A DNA stretch of 64,000 nucleotides from Faecalibacillus sp. (lineage in GTDB: Bacteria > Bacillota_I > Bacilli_A > RFN20 > CAG-826), in NCBI GenBank assembly GCA_963588175.1, contig CAVAGP010000003.1, positions 34,871 to 98,870 of the forward strand, read 5' to 3'. The notes under the pieces were generated by a model that was not told where the DNA came from, ran no database searches, and worked only from the letters and a program-made list of their open reading frames with translations. Below, piece after piece: positions 1-10,086 of the stretch (the stretch's first letter is position 1; each line of letters opens with the position of its first letter). The position numbers and the translations under genes were made by a program.

Positions 1-341
1 GTAGCCATTTCGATCTTTTTACGGCCGTATTCGCCTTGCTTTGACAACTCGGTCAAGGCAGGCAAAACGTCCTTGGAGAGAAGCTGAATAATAATCTGGC
101 CTGTGATGTATGGCGAGACTCCGAGCGCGAAGACGGAGAAGTTCGATAGTGCTCCGCCTCCGAGTAAATCCATGATCGCTAACGCAGATCCACTTGAGGT
201 CAATTGAGATTTCAAGTTGGTCGCGTCAACGCCTGGAACTGTAATGGCCGCCCCGATCCTGAGGACAAAGAGGATCATAATCGTGAAGAAAATACGGTTG
301 ATGATTTCTTTGTTTTTTAAGATCGAGACGAATTTTTTCAT
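1..341 (-). CDS. secY: Preprotein translocase SecY, N-terminal 113 aa only; the gene continues past the window start
   Basis: The reverse-strand translation from the ATG at 341-339 gives [43 protein letters not shown]...LGVSPYITGQIIIQLL, which is SecY-like. It lies immediately downstream of rplO, as in the spc operon. Confidence 0.85.
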   Translation of the reverse strand, partial: MKKFVSILKNKEIINRIFFTIMILFVLRIGAAITVPGVDATNLKSQLTSSGSALAIMDLLGGGALSNFSVFALGVSPYITGQIIIQLLSKDVLPALTELSKQGEYGRKKIEMA

Positions 342-787
342 TACTTGATTACCTCAGTTGTGCCGCCCTTTGCAGCAATAGCATCTGCTGCGGACTTGGA
401 GAATGCATGAGCCTTGACTGTGAGACTCTTTTCGAGTGTACCACTTCCAAGGATCTTAATTCCATCATAAGCTTCTTTTACGAGACCAGTCTCGATCAAA
501 AGCTCTGGGGTAACGACTGCTCCGTCATCAAACTTGTTGAGGACAGAGAGATTGACAACTGCGTATGTCTTCTTGTTGATGTTTTTGAAACCAAATTTAG
601 GAAGTCTACGAGCTAAAGGCATCTGGCCACCCTCGAAGCCGTGCTTCTTGGTGTGGGCATGAGCGCCCTGGCCCTTCTGACCCTTACCAGCGGTCTTTCC
701 GTTTCCGGTGCCGCGGCCTTGGCCTTTGCGGAAGTGTTCCTTTTTGGAACCTTCAACTGCGACTAAATTTTCTAAGGATGTAGCCAT
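341..787 (-). CDS. rplO: 50S ribosomal protein L15
   Basis: 148 aa, Gly/Lys-rich N-terminus. It has the L15 motifs (GRGxGxGKTxGxGxKGQ). ATG at 787-785. Confidence 0.95.
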   Translation of the reverse strand: MATSLENLVAVEGSKKEHFRKGQGRGTGNGKTAGKGQKGQGAHAHTKKHGFEGGQMPLARRLPKFGFKNINKKTYAVVNLSVLNKFDDGAVVTPELLIETGLVKEAYDGIKILGSGTLEKSLTVKAHAFSKSAADAIAAKGGTTEVIK

Positions 788-789
788 TT

Positions 790-1458
790 TTATTTGCCTC
801 CTTTAGGTGCTTCAAGACCACGAAGAGCCAAGACTTTGTCTTTGTTCTTGAGATCCTGTAAGCCAGCGTGTGTTGCACGGATGACGTTGATAGGTGTACG
901 TGAACCATAGACCTTTGAGACAACGTTCTTGATGCCGCAAAGCTCTAAGACTGCACGGACAGCGCCGCCAGCGACGATTCCAGTGCCTTCAGGTGCTGGT
1001 TTAAGGAAGACGCGGGTCTTTCCGAATACGCCCCAAACTTCATGAGCAATTGTTCCACCTTTGACAATCTTGATGCCATAGATTTTCTTCTTTGCTGATG
1101 TGAGGGACTTCTTGATTGCATCTGGGACTTCAACAGACTTTGCAAGTCCGAAGCCATAATGTCCTTTGCCATCGCCGACGACGGTGAGAGCATCGAAACG
1201 CATGTGCTTGCCACCTTTTGTGGTGGTTGAGATTCTGTTGATGTTAACAACACGATCTGTGAACTCGTCTTCTTCACGTCTGAAGCCGCCACGGCCGCCA
1301 CGTCTTTCACCTGGACGTCCTTTGTGGTCGCCAAATTTACGTGAGCCTGGACGCTCAGCGGATCTTGATCCCTGAGGGTCACGGTTTGGGTTGCCTGTAG
1401 GATTGGACTTCTTTACTTCTTCTGCTGGAGCAGCAACGATAGTTTTGTTTTCTTCCAT
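790..1458 (-). CDS. rpsE: 30S ribosomal protein S5 with a ~65-aa Arg/Gly/Pro-rich N-terminal extension
   Basis: The S5 core is [49 protein letters not shown]. There is no internal Met before the core, so the extension is translated. Confidence 0.9.
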   Translation of the reverse strand: MEENKTIVAAPAEEVKKSNPTGNPNRDPQGSRSAERPGSRKFGDHKGRPGERRGGRGGFRREEDEFTDRVVNINRISTTTKGGKHMRFDALTVVGDGKGHYGFGLAKSVEVPDAIKKSLTSAKKKIYGIKIVKGGTIAHEVWGVFGKTRVFLKPAPEGTGIVAGGAVRAVLELCGIKNVVSKVYGSRTPINVIRATHAGLQDLKNKDKVLALRGLEAPKGGK

Positions 1459-1470
1459 TGTAAATTCTCC

Positions 1471-1827
1471 TTAGAACTGGAGTCCTCCTTCTCTTGCGCC
1501 ATCTGCGAGGGCGGCGACACGTCCATGATAGACATATCCGCCTCTGTCGAAGACGACTGTTTTGATGCCAGCGGCCAAAGCCTTCTTTGCGAGGTCTGCG
1601 CCGACTTTGGCAGCAGCTTCGCAGTTGCCGCCATTGGCTAATTTGAGCTGAGTTGATGAGCTTGATGCTAATGTCGCACCCTTGACGTCATCGATAATCT
1701 GAGCTTCGATGTGCTTGTTAGAGCGGAAGACGACAAGACGTGGCATTTCTGCTGTTCCGGAGACTTTCTCACGGACACGAGCGTGTCTTCTCTGACGAAC
1801 GCTATTTCTGGATTCCTGTTGAATCAT
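1471..1827 (-). CDS. rplR: 50S ribosomal protein L18
   Basis: 118 aa. The N-terminal RRHARVR and the C-terminal [14 protein letters not shown] are L18 signatures. Confidence 0.95.
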   Translation of the reverse strand: MIQQESRNSVRQRRHARVREKVSGTAEMPRLVVFRSNKHIEAQIIDDVKGATLASSSSTQLKLANGGNCEAAAKVGADLAKKALAAGIKTVVFDRGGYVYHGRVAALADGAREGGLQF

Positions 1828-1842
1828 TTGTCTATCCTCCTA

Positions 1843-2400
1843 TTACTTCTTGCCGGCAGCACGCTTACCGACCTTCTTGATCATCTTCTGGCCGACGTAG
1901 TGGACACCTTTGTTGCCATAGACGTCTGGTCTATGTGTATCATAGATAGCTGCAGCTGTCTGTCCGACATCTTCTTTTGAGCAGCCCTCGACTGTGATGT
2001 GTGTCTCGTCCTTGCAGGTGATCTTTGTGTATTTTCCGATTGGCTGAACTTCGACCATGTGTGAGTAACCAAGGAACATCGTGACTGCTGTGCCTTTCAT
2101 CTGGGCGCGGTAACCTGTACCTGCGATCTCGAGTTCCTTCTTCCAACCCTCAGTTACGCCTTTGACTGCGTTGTGGAGGTTGGCAGCTGTTGTGCCGTGG
2201 TCTTTTTGAGCCTGTCTCATGTTGAATTCGTTTGCGTTTAATTTGACATGAGCCGCGCCATCAGCAACCTCGACGCTGACGTCCGACGGGATGTGGACGC
2301 TTACTTCGCCTTTGGAGCCTTTAATGATGGCAACGTTACCATTTAATTCAAAGGTAACGCCTGCTGGAAGAGCGATGGGTTTTAATCCAATTCTTGACAT
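1843..2400 (-). CDS. rplF: 50S ribosomal protein L6
   Basis: 185 aa, with the SRIGLKPI start typical of L6. Confidence 0.95.
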   Translation of the reverse strand: MSRIGLKPIALPAGVTFELNGNVAIIKGSKGEVSVHIPSDVSVEVADGAAHVKLNANEFNMRQAQKDHGTTAANLHNAVKGVTEGWKKELEIAGTGYRAQMKGTAVTMFLGYSHMVEVQPIGKYTKITCKDETHITVEGCSKEDVGQTAAAIYDTHRPDVYGNKGVHYVGQKMIKKVGKRAAGKK

Positions 2401-2422
2401 AAATCTCTTCTCCTAAATTAAA

Positions 2423-2818
2423 TTACCAAACATAGCAGAGAACTTCGCCACCGACGTTGGCCTTGCGGGCTTCTGCGTCTGTGAGGATGCCTTTGCTTGT
2501 GGAAACGATAGCGATACCTAAGCCTTTGAGAACCTTTGGAAGTTTGTCGCATTCGACGTTGATTCTAAGACCTGGCTTTGAAATCTTCTTTAAACCTGAG
2601 ATTACGCGCTCGCCATTTGCGCCGTATTTAAGGGTGACTGTGAGGGTTTTCTTTGCGCCTTCACCTTCAACTGCGAATTCGCTGATGTAGCCTTCTTTTT
2701 TGAGGATACGTGCGATTTCAGCTTTCATTTTGCTGCTTGGCATGGAAACAGTTTCGTAACGAAGTGCATTTGCATTTCTGATACGTGTTAACATGTCTGC
2801 GATTGGATCTGCGTTCAT
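2423..2818 (-). CDS. rpsH: 30S ribosomal protein S8
   Basis: Start placed at the internal ATG ([16 protein letters not shown], canonical S8 N-terminus) with a GGAGG Shine-Dalgarno. The longer ORF in the track is an upstream read-through. Confidence 0.9.
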   Translation of the reverse strand: MNADPIADMLTRIRNANALRYETVSMPSSKMKAEIARILKKEGYISEFAVEGEGAKKTLTVTLKYGANGERVISGLKKISKPGLRINVECDKLPKVLKGLGIAIVSTSKGILTDAEARKANVGGEVLCYVW

Positions 2819-2838
2819 TTTTCTGTCTCCTTCCTTAA

Positions 2839-3024
2839 TTACCAGCTTGCCTTCTTCATGCCTGGGATTTCGCCTTTGTAAGCTAATTCTCTTAAGCAGA
2901 TACGGCATACTCCAAACTTGGAGAGAACACCATGGACTCTGCCGCAGCGTGAGCAGCGGGAGTATTCACGGCATTTGAATTTCTGAGGTCTGGACTGCTT
3001 GACCTTTAATGATGTTTTAGCCAT
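2839..3024 (-). CDS. rpsZ: 30S ribosomal protein S14, type Z (zinc-binding)
   Basis: 61 aa with CxxC...CxxC ([12 protein letters not shown]...CRIC). Confidence 0.9.
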   Translation of the reverse strand: MAKTSLKVKQSRPQKFKCREYSRCSRCGRVHGVLSKFGVCRICLRELAYKGEIPGMKKASW

Positions 3025-3038
3025 TGTTCTAGATCTCC

Positions 3039-3584
3039 TTATTTCTTGAATGGCATACCGAGCATTTCAAGCAATGCGTATGCTTCTTCGTCTGTGTTAG
3101 CGGTTGTGACGATGACAACGTCCATACCACGAACCTTAGCAACCTTATCATAATCGATTTCAGGATAGATTAACTGTTCCTTGACGCCGAGCGTGTAGTT
3201 GCCATGTCCGTCGAATGCGTTCTTTGAAACGCCACGGAAGTCTCTGACGCGTGGGAGAGAGATGGAGACTAACTTATCGTAGAATTCATACATTCTTTCG
3301 CCGCGGAGAGTGACTTTGCAGCCGATTGCCTGGCCTTCACGAAGTTTGAAGGTAGCGATTGACTTCTTAGCTTTTGTTACGACTGGCTTCTGACCGGAGA
3401 TGATTGTTAAATCGTTAACTGCATCTTCGAGAGCCTTTGCGTTCTGTGTTGCGTCTCCAACACCCATGTTAATAACGATCTTAACAAGTTTTGGAGCCTG
3501 CATTGGGGTTGTGTAGCCGAACTTCTTTGAGAGAGCAGGAACTACTTCATTTTTCCAATAGGCTTTAACTCTATTTTCTGCCAT
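3039..3584 (-). CDS. rplE: 50S ribosomal protein L5
   Basis: 181 aa, L5 family. Confidence 0.95.
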   Translation of the reverse strand: MAENRVKAYWKNEVVPALSKKFGYTTPMQAPKLVKIVINMGVGDATQNAKALEDAVNDLTIISGQKPVVTKAKKSIATFKLREGQAIGCKVTLRGERMYEFYDKLVSISLPRVRDFRGVSKNAFDGHGNYTLGVKEQLIYPEIDYDKVAKVRGMDVVIVTTANTDEEAYALLEMLGMPFKK

Positions 3585-3600
3585 TTTTCATTCCTCCTAC

Positions 3601-3909
3601 TTATTTGTGTTCAAGAGATTCGCCCTTTGCGTTGACACGAATCTTCTTTCCGTCGACCACTTTGTGGTGGACGCGTGTGGCTTTCTTTGTCTTTGGATCG
3701 AGAATCGCAACGTTTGATGCATCGATTGGGCAATAGATGTCTAAGACGCTTCCTTCGCCGCCATTCTGACCTTTTTTGTGTTTCTTGTGGACATTGACGC
3801 CCTCAACAACGACCTTATTGAGCTTTGGGAATGCCTTCTGGACGATTCCGACTTTGCCCTTGTCGCTTCCGGAGAGGACGATGACTTTATCACCAGTTTT
3901 GATGTTCAT
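3601..3909 (-). CDS. rplX: 50S ribosomal protein L24
   Basis: 102 aa, KOW motif (GDKVIVLSGSDKGKVG). Confidence 0.9.
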   Translation of the reverse strand: MNIKTGDKVIVLSGSDKGKVGIVQKAFPKLNKVVVEGVNVHKKHKKGQNGGEGSVLDIYCPIDASNVAILDPKTKKATRVHHKVVDGKKIRVNAKGESLEHK

Positions 3910-3925
3910 TGTCTATTCCTCCTGA

Positions 3926-4294
3926 TTATAAGACCTCTGGTGCAAGGGAGATGATTTTCATATAACCCTTATCACGGAGTTCACGGGCAACTGGTCCGAA
4001 GACACGTGTGCCGATTGGATTTCCATCGCCGTCGATGATGACAACCGCATTGTCGTCGAATGCGATGCAGGATCCGTCTTTACGAGCTACCGCGCGCTTT
4101 GTGCGGACGATAACGGCGTGGACGACCTGTCCTTTTTTGACTTTACCACTTGGGAGAGCGTCTTTGACTGCGCAAAGGACGACATCGCCGATTGTGGAGG
4201 ATTTCTTGTGGGAACCACCATACTGGTGGAAAATGCGAACTAATCTCGCACCGGAGTTGTCTGCTACGACAAGATTTGACTCATTCTGAACCAT
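3926..4294 (-). CDS. rplN: 50S ribosomal protein L14
   Basis: 122 aa, [17 protein letters not shown] start. Confidence 0.95.
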   Translation of the reverse strand: MVQNESNLVVADNSGARLVRIFHQYGGSHKKSSTIGDVVLCAVKDALPSGKVKKGQVVHAVIVRTKRAVARKDGSCIAFDDNAVVIIDGDGNPIGTRVFGPVARELRDKGYMKIISLAPEVL

Positions 4295-4297
4295 ATC

Positions 4298-4603
4298 TTA
4301 TTCTCCTTCCTTAGCTTCGAGTGCAGCTTCGACCGCTTCAACATTGTCTGTTGCAGCTTTCTGGTCGATGGAGACTAATCTGAAGCGTTTTAATTTTGAG
4401 AGTGGGCGGCAGCCAGCGATTGTGACGATGTCTCCAAGCTTGGCTTCGTTGTTCTCATCGTGCGCATAATACTTCTTGGAGTATTTGACACGCTTTGTGT
4501 AAAGGGGATCGTTTCTCTTTGTTGCGACTTCAACGACAATTGTCTTGTTCATCTTTGTGCCGACAACTGTTCCCTTGAAAGTGTTTCTTGAATTTCTTTC
4601 CAT
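4298..4603 (-). CDS. rpsQ: 30S ribosomal protein S17 (short acidic C-terminal tail)
   Basis: 101 aa, S17 core RNxRKTxxGxVVS-like. Confidence 0.9.
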   Translation of the reverse strand: MERNSRNTFKGTVVGTKMNKTIVVEVATKRNDPLYTKRVKYSKKYYAHDENNEAKLGDIVTIAGCRPLSKLKRFRLVSIDQKAATDNVEAVEAALEAKEGE

Positions 4604-4617
4604 GGTGATCTCCTTTC

Positions 4618-4818
4618 TTATCTCTTGATCTGAAGCTCTTTTTCACGCTTCACTGTCTCGGCTCTAGCGATATCCTTGCGGACATTGTGGAGCTCGTTTG
4701 GTGTTTCGAGGGTACCGACTGCTGCTTTCTGAGTGAGCTCGAACTGCTTCTGGTGAAGCTCTGCGATTCTCTGATTGAGTTCAGCAACGGTGAGTTCTCT
4801 AAGTTCTTTGACTGTCAT
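4618..4818 (-). CDS. rpmC: 50S ribosomal protein L29
   Basis: 66 aa, helical, [16 protein letters not shown]. Confidence 0.9.
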   Translation of the reverse strand: MTVKELRELTVAELNQRIAELHQKQFELTQKAAVGTLETPNELHNVRKDIARAETVKREKELQIKR

Positions 4819-4821
4819 GAC

Positions 4822-5232
4822 TTAGTCCTCCTTTCCAACAACTTTGCAGTTGATTGGAAGCTTGAAGGCAGCTTGTCTTAATGCGTTCTTGGCGATCTCT
4901 GCATCGATTCCGCCGATTTCGAATAAGATGCGGCCTTTTTTGACGACTGCTACCCATCCTTCTGGTGATCCTTTACCGGAACCCATACGAACTTCAGCAG
5001 GCTTCTTTGTTTTTGCGAGGTGAGGGAAGATTCTGATCCATACCTTGCCTGAACGGTCTGTATATCTTGATAAGACCTTACGAGCGGCTTCGATCTGATG
5101 ATCGGTGATGTATTCACCTTCTTCAGCCTGTAAACCCCATTCGCCGAAAGCAACATAGTTGCCTTTGGTCGCGACGCCTTCGTGGCTTAATCCATGAGGA
5201 CGGCGATATTTAACACGCTTTGGCTGTAACAT
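4822..5232 (-). CDS. rplP: 50S ribosomal protein L16
   Basis: 136 aa, [13 protein letters not shown] start. Confidence 0.95.
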   Translation of the reverse strand: MLQPKRVKYRRPHGLSHEGVATKGNYVAFGEWGLQAEEGEYITDHQIEAARKVLSRYTDRSGKVWIRIFPHLAKTKKPAEVRMGSGKGSPEGWVAVVKKGRILFEIGGIDAEIAKNALRQAAFKLPINCKVVGKED

Positions 5233-5915
5233 TATTTCCTTCCTCCTTCTGGCTTATCAGCCTTTTTGACTGAGGCTTTGTTTGTTGATCTGCAAATCCA
5301 GACTTTGACGCCGATGCAGCCATATTCTGTGTTGGCTGGAACTGCGGCATAGTCGATGTCTGCACGATAGGTCTCTAGTGGGACAACGCCCTCTTTATAA
5401 CCTTCACGTCTAGCGATTTCAGCACCGCCTAAACGTCCCTGGCACTGGGTCTTGCAACCTTCAGCACCGGCTTTTCTCATTCTCTGAAGAGCCTTCTTCT
5501 GAGTTGATCTGAATGATTGTCTGTTCTCAAGTTCGGATGCGATCCACTTTGCAATCAATGTTGCATCAAGATCTGGGTTCTTAACCTCAACGACTTTGAG
5601 GGAAACATCGCCTGATTTGACGACTTTCTTGAGAGCTGCGACTGCTGCTTTGATGTTTGTGTCATCCTGTCCGAGGAATGCTCCTGGACGAGCAACATAT
5701 GCGACGACTGAGACGTTAGCGCCTTTGTCGTTCTTGACTCTTGAGATGTCGATGTGTGATGTCATGGCGACTTTGAGCATTGGCTCTAATGTCTTACGAA
5801 TCTTGACATCTTCATCAAGGAATTTTGCGAAGTCTTGTTTGGAAGCATACCAATTAGCATTCCAACCGCGGTTGACGCCAACTCTAAGACCTACTGGATT
5901 AACTTTCTGTCCCAT
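5232..5915 (-). CDS. rpsC: 30S ribosomal protein S3
   Basis: 227 aa, [13 protein letters not shown] start, KH domain. Confidence 0.95.
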   Translation of the reverse strand: MGQKVNPVGLRVGVNRGWNANWYASKQDFAKFLDEDVKIRKTLEPMLKVAMTSHIDISRVKNDKGANVSVVAYVARPGAFLGQDDTNIKAAVAALKKVVKSGDVSLKVVEVKNPDLDATLIAKWIASELENRQSFRSTQKKALQRMRKAGAEGCKTQCQGRLGGAEIARREGYKEGVVPLETYRADIDYAAVPANTEYGCIGVKVWICRSTNKASVKKADKPEGGRK

Positions 5916-5927
5916 TGTGTTTCCTCC

Positions 5928-6545
5928 TTACTTCCTTTCCTTAACTGTTACGCGGATATGCGCGCTTCTCTTTAATAATCCTGATGATGAGCCTTTGCCT
6001 CTTGGCATGAATCTCTTCATCTTGACGCCATCACCAACCTGGATTTCTGCAACGTAGAGCTTATCTCCGTCGAGATGGAAGTTGTGGGTTGCGTCTGCTG
6101 CTGCAGCCTTGATGACCTTTGCAACTGGTGCGCTAGCTGCCTTATTGACATTAGCGAGGATTGCAAGAGCCACATCGACATCCTTGCCTCTTACGATGTC
6201 TGCGACTAGGCGGACTTTGCGTGGGGTGACTCTGACGTCTTTAGCAACTGATGTTGCCTCTGTGACTGCTGGTTTAGCAGGTTTTACTGGCTCAGCTTTG
6301 ACTTCTGCTTTAGGAGCAGCTTTCTTAGCTGGGGCCTTCTTTGCGGCTGGCTTCTTGGCTGAGGTATCTTCAGCAACTGCTGGAGCAGCCTCTTCTGCCT
6401 TAGGAGCAGCGGCCTTCTTTGTTGTCTTCTTTGCAGCTGTTGAAGTTGTTGTCTTCTTTGCAGCGGCTTTCTTAGGAGCAGCTTTCTTAGCAGCTGTTTC
6501 TTCTGTTGCTTCAGTAGCAGCAGCTTTTTTCTTTGTTTCTGCCAT
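5928..6545 (-). CDS. rplV: 50S ribosomal protein L22 with a ~95-aa Ala/Lys/Pro-rich (histone H1-like) N-terminal extension
   Basis: The L22 core (RKVRLVADIVRGKDVDVALAIL...) starts near residue 95. There is no internal Met, and the ATG sits at 6545-6543. Confidence 0.9.
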   Translation of the reverse strand: MAETKKKAAATEATEETAAKKAAPKKAAAKKTTTSTAAKKTTKKAAAPKAEEAAPAVAEDTSAKKPAAKKAPAKKAAPKAEVKAEPVKPAKPAVTEATSVAKDVRVTPRKVRLVADIVRGKDVDVALAILANVNKAASAPVAKVIKAAAADATHNFHLDGDKLYVAEIQVGDGVKMKRFMPRGKGSSSGLLKRSAHIRVTVKERK

Positions 6546-6558
6546 TATCGTTTACTCC

Positions 6559-6843
6559 TTATTTTCCTGCCTTATCACCGGCGTTGTTGCCGTGATGGCC
6601 TGTGAAGGTACGCGTAGGTGCGAATTCACCTAATTTGTGTCCGACCATATCTTCTGTGACATAGACGGTGATGTGCTCTTTGCCGTTATAAACTGCAAAG
6701 GTGTGTTCGACGAATGCTGGATAGATGGTCGAACGGCGTGACCATGTTTTGATGATCTCTTTCTTGCCGGCCTTATCGAGAGCATCGACCTTCTTTAAGA
6801 GGTATGCGTCCACGAATGGTCCTTTTTTGCTAGAACGTGACAT
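6559..6843 (-). CDS. rpsS: 30S ribosomal protein S19
   Basis: 94 aa, [12 protein letters not shown] start. Confidence 0.95.
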   Translation of the reverse strand: MSRSSKKGPFVDAYLLKKVDALDKAGKKEIIKTWSRRSTIYPAFVEHTFAVYNGKEHITVYVTEDMVGHKLGEFAPTRTFTGHHGNNAGDKAGK

Positions 6844-6860
6844 AGTTCGATCTCCTTTCC

Positions 6861-7694
6861 TTATTTATCATTTCTACGTCTCACGATGAGCTTTGTAGAA
6901 TGCTGTTTGTTGTGACGGGTCTTGACTCCCATCGCTTTCTTACCCCAAGGGGTGCGTGGTGCATCACGTCCGACCGGACACTTACCTTCACCACCACCAT
7001 GAGGGTGGTCGCATGGGTTCATTGCTGAACCACGGACTGTTGGTCTGATGCCCATGTGTCTGATCTTACCTGACTTACCAACGTTGATTAAGCTGTAGTC
7101 TTCGTTGCCGACTGAGCCGATTGTTGCACGGCAGACAGCGAGCACTTTTCTCATTTCGCCTGAAGCGAGTCTCAACATGACATACTTGCCTTCGGAGCCA
7201 AGCACCTGTGCGCTTGTTCCGGCAGCACGGCACATTTGTCCGCCTTTGCCTGGCTTTAATTCGATATTGTGGACAACAGAGCCATCTGGAATGTTCTTCA
7301 ACTGGCAGCAGTTGCCAACCTTGATATCGGTTGCTTCACCAGAGACGATCTTGTCTCCGACGCTTAATCCTTTTGGAGCGAGGATGTAACGTTTCTCACC
7401 ATCTGCATATGTGACTAAGCAGATGAATGCTGTTCTATTTGGGTCGTATTCAAGTGTTGTAACTGTTCCGACGATTCCGTCTTTGTTACGCTTGAAGTCT
7501 ACGATTCTGTAGCGTGTCTTATTGCCACCGCCGATATGACGGCAGGTGATCTTTCCTGTATTGTTGCGGCCGCCTGTGTGTTTCTTAGGGGCTAACAATG
7601 ATTTTTCAGGAGCTACTTTGGTTAATTCGCTATAATCCATTGTCGACATTGCGCGACGAGCTGGAGTATATGGGCGATATGTTTTGATTGCCAT
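6861..7694 (-). CDS. rplB: 50S ribosomal protein L2
   Basis: 277 aa, [14 protein letters not shown] start. Confidence 0.95.
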   Translation of the reverse strand: MAIKTYRPYTPARRAMSTMDYSELTKVAPEKSLLAPKKHTGGRNNTGKITCRHIGGGNKTRYRIVDFKRNKDGIVGTVTTLEYDPNRTAFICLVTYADGEKRYILAPKGLSVGDKIVSGEATDIKVGNCCQLKNIPDGSVVHNIELKPGKGGQMCRAAGTSAQVLGSEGKYVMLRLASGEMRKVLAVCRATIGSVGNEDYSLINVGKSGKIRHMGIRPTVRGSAMNPCDHPHGGGEGKCPVGRDAPRTPWGKKAMGVKTRHNKQHSTKLIVRRRNDK

Positions 7695-7749
7695 TTTCTT
7701 TCTCCTATAGTGGATGCTTTATAAGTAATTGATACTTAAGGGTGTTTCC

Positions 7750-8109
7750 TTACTCTTTGAAGAAGTCAACTGCATTTCCTTCTGCGAGGGAAACGATTGC
7801 CTTCTTATATCCGCCGACCACGCCTTTATAACGGCCGCCGCGTGATTTTTCTTTTGCATTGACTGTGATGATCTTGACATCGACAACCTTTGCTTTGTAG
7901 AGACGCTCGAATGCGTCTTTGATCTCAGTCTTGTTAGCAAGAGGTGCGACTTTGACGGTGACCTTGTTCTGGGCATCGAGAAGTGCATAGCTCTTTTCTG
8001 TGAAGATTGGAGCGAGGATGACCTCATAATCGTGAGCTGTTGGAGCTGCGAATGAGGCTGCCTTCGTCTCTTTGACTGGCTCTGCCTTGACTGCTTCCTT
8101 CTTTGCCAT
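7750..8109 (-). CDS. rplW: 50S ribosomal protein L23 (short N-terminal extension)
   Basis: 119 aa, L23 core DYEVILAPIFTEKSY. Its ATG overlaps the rplD stop by 1 nt. Confidence 0.9.
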   Translation of the reverse strand: MAKKEAVKAEPVKETKAASFAAPTAHDYEVILAPIFTEKSYALLDAQNKVTVKVAPLANKTEIKDAFERLYKAKVVDVKIITVNAKEKSRGGRYKGVVGGYKKAIVSLAEGNAVDFFKE

Positions 8110-8750
8110 TATTTAAGTCCTCCTTCAAGCGCCTTTACTGATTCTTTTGCCATGACGACGACGTCGGCATATAAGACATCGTAAACGCTAACGTTTCCAA
8201 GGCCTAAGAGCGTGACGTTCTCAAGGTTTCCTGCTGAATAGACGAAGTTGACGTCTGCATCATCATAAACGACTGAGACTTTGCCTGTTGCCTTGATAGC
8301 ATTGAGTGCTGCGAGAGCATTCTTTGTTGAGATTGCATCCATGCTGAGCGAATCGACGACGATTAACTTCTTTTCTGCAACCTTCTGTGATAAGACGGTC
8401 TTCATCGCGAGTGCGTGAGCCTTCTTATTTTGGGAGACGGTGTAGTTCTGGTTTCCGTCTGGTCCGAAGACCTTGCCGCCACCGACCCAGATTGGGGAAC
8501 GTGTGGAACCAGCTCTGGCACGTCCTGTGCCTTTCTGTCTCCATGGCTTCTTGCCACCGCCACTTACTTCGTGGCGCTTTTTTGTTTTTGCAGTTGCCTG
8601 ACGTGCATTTGCCAACTGAGTGACAACTGCGTCGTGGACTGGCTGCTCATTTGCATCGGCGATGCCGAATACAGATGCTGACACTTTGATGTCTTCGACT
8701 TTTTCTCCAGCGAGGGAAACGACTGGGAGAGTGATTTTCTTATCTGCCAT
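8109..8750 (-). CDS. rplD: 50S ribosomal protein L4
   Basis: 213 aa, L4 family. Confidence 0.95.
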   Translation of the reverse strand: MADKKITLPVVSLAGEKVEDIKVSASVFGIADANEQPVHDAVVTQLANARQATAKTKKRHEVSGGGKKPWRQKGTGRARAGSTRSPIWVGGGKVFGPDGNQNYTVSQNKKAHALAMKTVLSQKVAEKKLIVVDSLSMDAISTKNALAALNAIKATGKVSVVYDDADVNFVYSAGNLENVTLLGLGNVSVYDVLYADVVVMAKESVKALEGGLK

Positions 8751-8755
8751 TTTCG

Positions 8756-9436
8756 TTATTCTCCTTTCTGGTAGTTAACGAGTGCCTTAACTTCTGGTTT
8801 GCCCTTCTGTGTAAGGATTGCGCTTCTGATCATAACTAATGATTTCTTTGCGCCTGGAACGCCACCCTTGACAAGGATGTATCCCTTTTCGCTGTTAGAC
8901 TCGATAACAGTGATGTTTTGGACAGTGCACTGTCTTGGTCCCCAGTGGCCTGACATAAGCTTTCCTGGGATGACTCTGTTGTTGCAACGGCCATTGTTTG
9001 CCAATGAACCGATCTGTCTGTGATATCCGGAACCATGGCCTTTAGGACCGATGTGCTTTCCGTATTTCTTGATGACGCCGCTATAGCCATGGCCTTTTGT
9101 GGTGCCGATGACATCAACGACTTCTCCAGCAGCGAAGATTCCGCAATCGATTGTCTCTCCGACATTCTTTGCATAAACTTCGTCGCCCTTAAGCTCATAA
9201 ATATACTTCTTTGGGCTTACTCCGGCTTTCTTGAAGATGCCTAATTCGCATTTGTTGGCTCTCTTCTCGGCCTTGTCTTCATATCCGATTTGGATTGCTT
9301 CATAGCCGTCTTTCTCATTTGTCTTCTTAGCGATGACGGTGTTAGGCAAGACCTCGATAACAGTGACTGGATACATTGTTCCGTCGGCTGCAAAGACTTC
9401 AGTCATGCCCATTTTTCTTCCGATGATGGATTTCAT
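8756..9436 (-). CDS. rplC: 50S ribosomal protein L3
   Basis: 226 aa, L3 family. Confidence 0.95.
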   Translation of the reverse strand: MKSIIGRKMGMTEVFAADGTMYPVTVIEVLPNTVIAKKTNEKDGYEAIQIGYEDKAEKRANKCELGIFKKAGVSPKKYIYELKGDEVYAKNVGETIDCGIFAAGEVVDVIGTTKGHGYSGVIKKYGKHIGPKGHGSGYHRQIGSLANNGRCNNRVIPGKLMSGHWGPRQCTVQNITVIESNSEKGYILVKGGVPGAKKSLVMIRSAILTQKGKPEVKALVNYQKGE

Positions 9437-9454
9437 GATGATTTGGTCCTCCTA

Positions 9455-9769
9455 TTACTTTGCTGTGACATCGATATCGACACCAGCTGGAAGGTCTAAT
9501 CTTCTGATCTGGTCAACTGTTTCTTTCTTTGGATTAACGATGTCGATTAATCTCTTGTGTGTACGGATCTCGAATTGTTCACGAGCATCCTTGTACTTGA
9601 AGGTTGCACGAAGAATTGTGTAAACCTGCTTTTCGGTTGGGAGCGGGACTGGTCCGACAACTCCGGCGCCTGTGGATTTGGCCACTGCGATGATCTTCTC
9701 AACTGCGACGTCGAGGATCTTGTGGTCATAAGCTTGCAATCTGATGCGCAAGACTGTTTCTTTCGCCAT
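9455..9769 (-). CDS. rpsJ: 30S ribosomal protein S10
   Basis: Start placed at the internal ATG ([20 protein letters not shown]), which has an AGGAGGAAAA Shine-Dalgarno. The ORF track's upstream part is leader read-through. Confidence 0.9.
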   Translation of the reverse strand: MAKETVLRIRLQAYDHKILDVAVEKIIAVAKSTGAGVVGPVPLPTEKQVYTILRATFKYKDAREQFEIRTHKRLIDIVNPKKETVDQIRRLDLPAGVDIDVTAK

Positions 9770-9903
9770 GAATTTTCCTCCTGTAGTTTTCTTCCGGCTT
9801 GTTAATGAGTGTTCCACGCGAGTTCCCTGACGTCCCCTATAACCGACAACGGCTCTAGGTGTGTCAGCAACATCGCACTTCAACGCACACGCTAACGTTT
9901 GAA

Positions 9904-9932
9904 AATATACACGCATACATATATTCGGTCAA
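9904..9932 (-). promoter_or_regulatory. Sigma-70-type promoter of the S10 r-protein operon (TTGACC-17 nt-TATATT), leaving a ~125-nt leader
   Basis: On the minus strand, TTGACC (9932-9927) and TATATT (9909-9904) are separated by a 17-nt spacer. No other good hexamers lie upstream of rpsJ. Confidence 0.5.
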
Positions 9933-10004
9933 CACTTTTTTATAAAAAGGGCGGCATTTTGCTAAATTAGTCAATCCAAAGGTTAAGAATCCATTCCAGA
10001 AAGC

Positions 10005-10033
10005 ATTATTCAATTGTGCACTGTGCACATTTT
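10005..10033 (+). terminator. Perfect hairpin TGTGCAC-T-GTGCACA followed by TTTTTTAATTTTTT; functions as an intrinsic terminator only on the plus strand
   Basis: Read directly from the sequence. On the minus strand the hairpin is followed by AUUGAAUAAUG, not a U-run. The minus-strand A-run precedes the stem. Confidence 0.4.
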
Positions 10034-10086
10034 TTAATTTTTTGATGGTCAAAAACATCAATTTTTAAGACCAAGAAAAAAAGAGG

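Noticed and set aside
945-1382. 145-aa minus-strand ORF overlapping rpsE in another frame; also similar nested ORFs (1881-2146, 8836-9198, 43012-43245, 56580-56828 and others)
   Set aside because: These are alternative-frame ORFs inside well-supported genes, with no ribosome-binding sites. They are compositional artefacts.
6082-6633. 183-aa plus-strand ORF antisense to rplV
   Set aside because: It is the mirror image of the Ala/Lys-rich repeat region of L22. It has low complexity and no Shine-Dalgarno, and lies entirely inside a highly conserved r-protein gene.
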